From positions 128,590,001 to 128,654,000 of the forward strand of contig NC_086097.1 in the NCBI RefSeq assembly GCF_963921235.1: 64,000 nucleotides of DNA, given 5' to 3'. Positions 62,972-64,000 of this stretch are shown here, piece by piece. How positions within the stretch are numbered: the first letter of the stretch is position 1; every line of letters begins with the position of its first letter. The DNA comes from Mobula hypostoma. Lineage: Eukaryota. Both the position numbers and the translations under genes were made by a program. The notes beneath the pieces are model-generated. The model made no database searches. It saw only the letters and a program-made list of their open reading frames with translations, and was not told the origin of the DNA.

Positions 62972-63020
62972 GCACCTCTTCCTATAGATGCTGCTTGGCC
63001 TGCTGCGTTCACCAGCAACT

Positions 63021-63660
63021 TTGAATTGAATTGACTTTATTTCTTACGTCCCTCACATGCATGAGGAGTAAAAATATCTACGTTACGTCTCCCTCTGAAT
63101 GTGCAATGTGCAAATTATGGTAATTTGTAATAAATAGTATATACGGTAAGATAAACAACAGATCAGTCAATATCGCTTAGAAATACGATTGTGTTGGCAT
63201 GAATTAATCAGTCTGATGGCCTGGTGGAAGAAATTATCCTGGAGCCTGTTGGTCCTGGCTATTATGCTGCAGTACTGTTTCCCGGGATGGTAGCAGCTGG
63301 AAAAGTTTGTGGTTGGGGTGACACGGGCCCCAGTGATCCTTCGGGCTCTTTTTACGCACCTGTTGCTGTAAATGTCCTGAATAGTGGGAAGTTCACAGAA
63401 GCGCTGGGCTGGCCACACTACTCCTGCAATTGAGGGAAGTACAGTTCCCATACAACCAGTCAGGATGCTCTTAATTGTGCCCCTGTAGAAAGTCCTTAAG
63501 ATTTGGGGACTTATGCCGAACTTTAACCAGCTGAGGTGAAAGAGGCACGGTGTGCTTTTTCTCGCCACACAGCCGGTACGTACAGACCAAGTGAGGTCCT
63601 CAGTGATGTGTATAATGAGGAACTTAAAGTTGTTCATCCTCTCAACCCCAGATCCATTGG
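63021..63660 (-). mobile_element. Rex1/Babar 3' end with (TTCAA)n tail, the target of the PLE palindrome
   Basis: NNFKFL, TFYRGTIKSILTGC, NFFHQAIRL; AATAAAGTCAATTCAATTCAA tail on the minus strand. Confidence 0.85.
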
Positions 63661-64000
63661 TGTGCTTTTCACTTCTTGATTTGTTGACGGAGAATGCTCT
63701 TTAATGATATTGACCAGTTTGACATTCCAGCTGTCAGACGCTAAGGATGCCTGAGAGTGACAGCCATCAGGACAAGAAAAATCCTCTTGGATATCATAGA
63801 GTATAATTCAGAGCTTTCTTTGAGGTCAGCGGGGAGTGGCATTACTTTGCAAATTACACGCAAATATCATTTGCAACCAACAGGTAATTTGTTTAATTCT
63901 GCACCCTAAAAACAAGACAAAGATTAAAATAGTCATGAAGAATAAAATCAAGTTGTCCATCACTACACTGAGCTAAACTTACCCTCAGGGAAACTATGTT

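Larger units (their letters stand above)
59625..63020. mobile_element. 3.4-kb head-to-head Penelope-like (Neptune-type) palindrome forming a single insertion
   Basis: Minus arm 59625-61355, plus arm 61356-63020; 28-nt unpaired centre 61328-61355; TSD TTGAATTGAATTGA at 59611-59624 and 63021-63034. Confidence 0.95.

Overview
Repeat-saturated, AT-rich vertebrate DNA that is intronic or intergenic. It is most likely from a cartilaginous fish (ray/shark), inferred from the CR1 families with (TTCTATG)n tails, V-SINEs, Deu-domain SINEs and Neptune-type Penelope elements. No host protein-coding gene can be supported; every recognisable ORF derives from a retroelement. The window holds many truncated CR1, Rex1/Babar and RTE LINE copies, SINEs, three solo-LTR-like inserts, and Tc1/mariner remnants. 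It also holds a young Penelope-like (PLE; RT + Cys-rich linker + GIY-YIG) family whose 3' end carries a minimal hammerhead ribozyme. All three young PLE insertions (5734-6947, 8052-9106, 59625-63020) have exactly 14-bp target-site duplications. Two of them are head-to-head palindromes (about 1.05 kb and 3.4 kb) with the same asymmetric design, which points to cDNA fold-back synthesis in a single insertion event. An RTE with a twin-priming-type 5' inversion is also present. Boundaries of old repeats are approximate; TSD-defined boundaries were read directly from the sequence.
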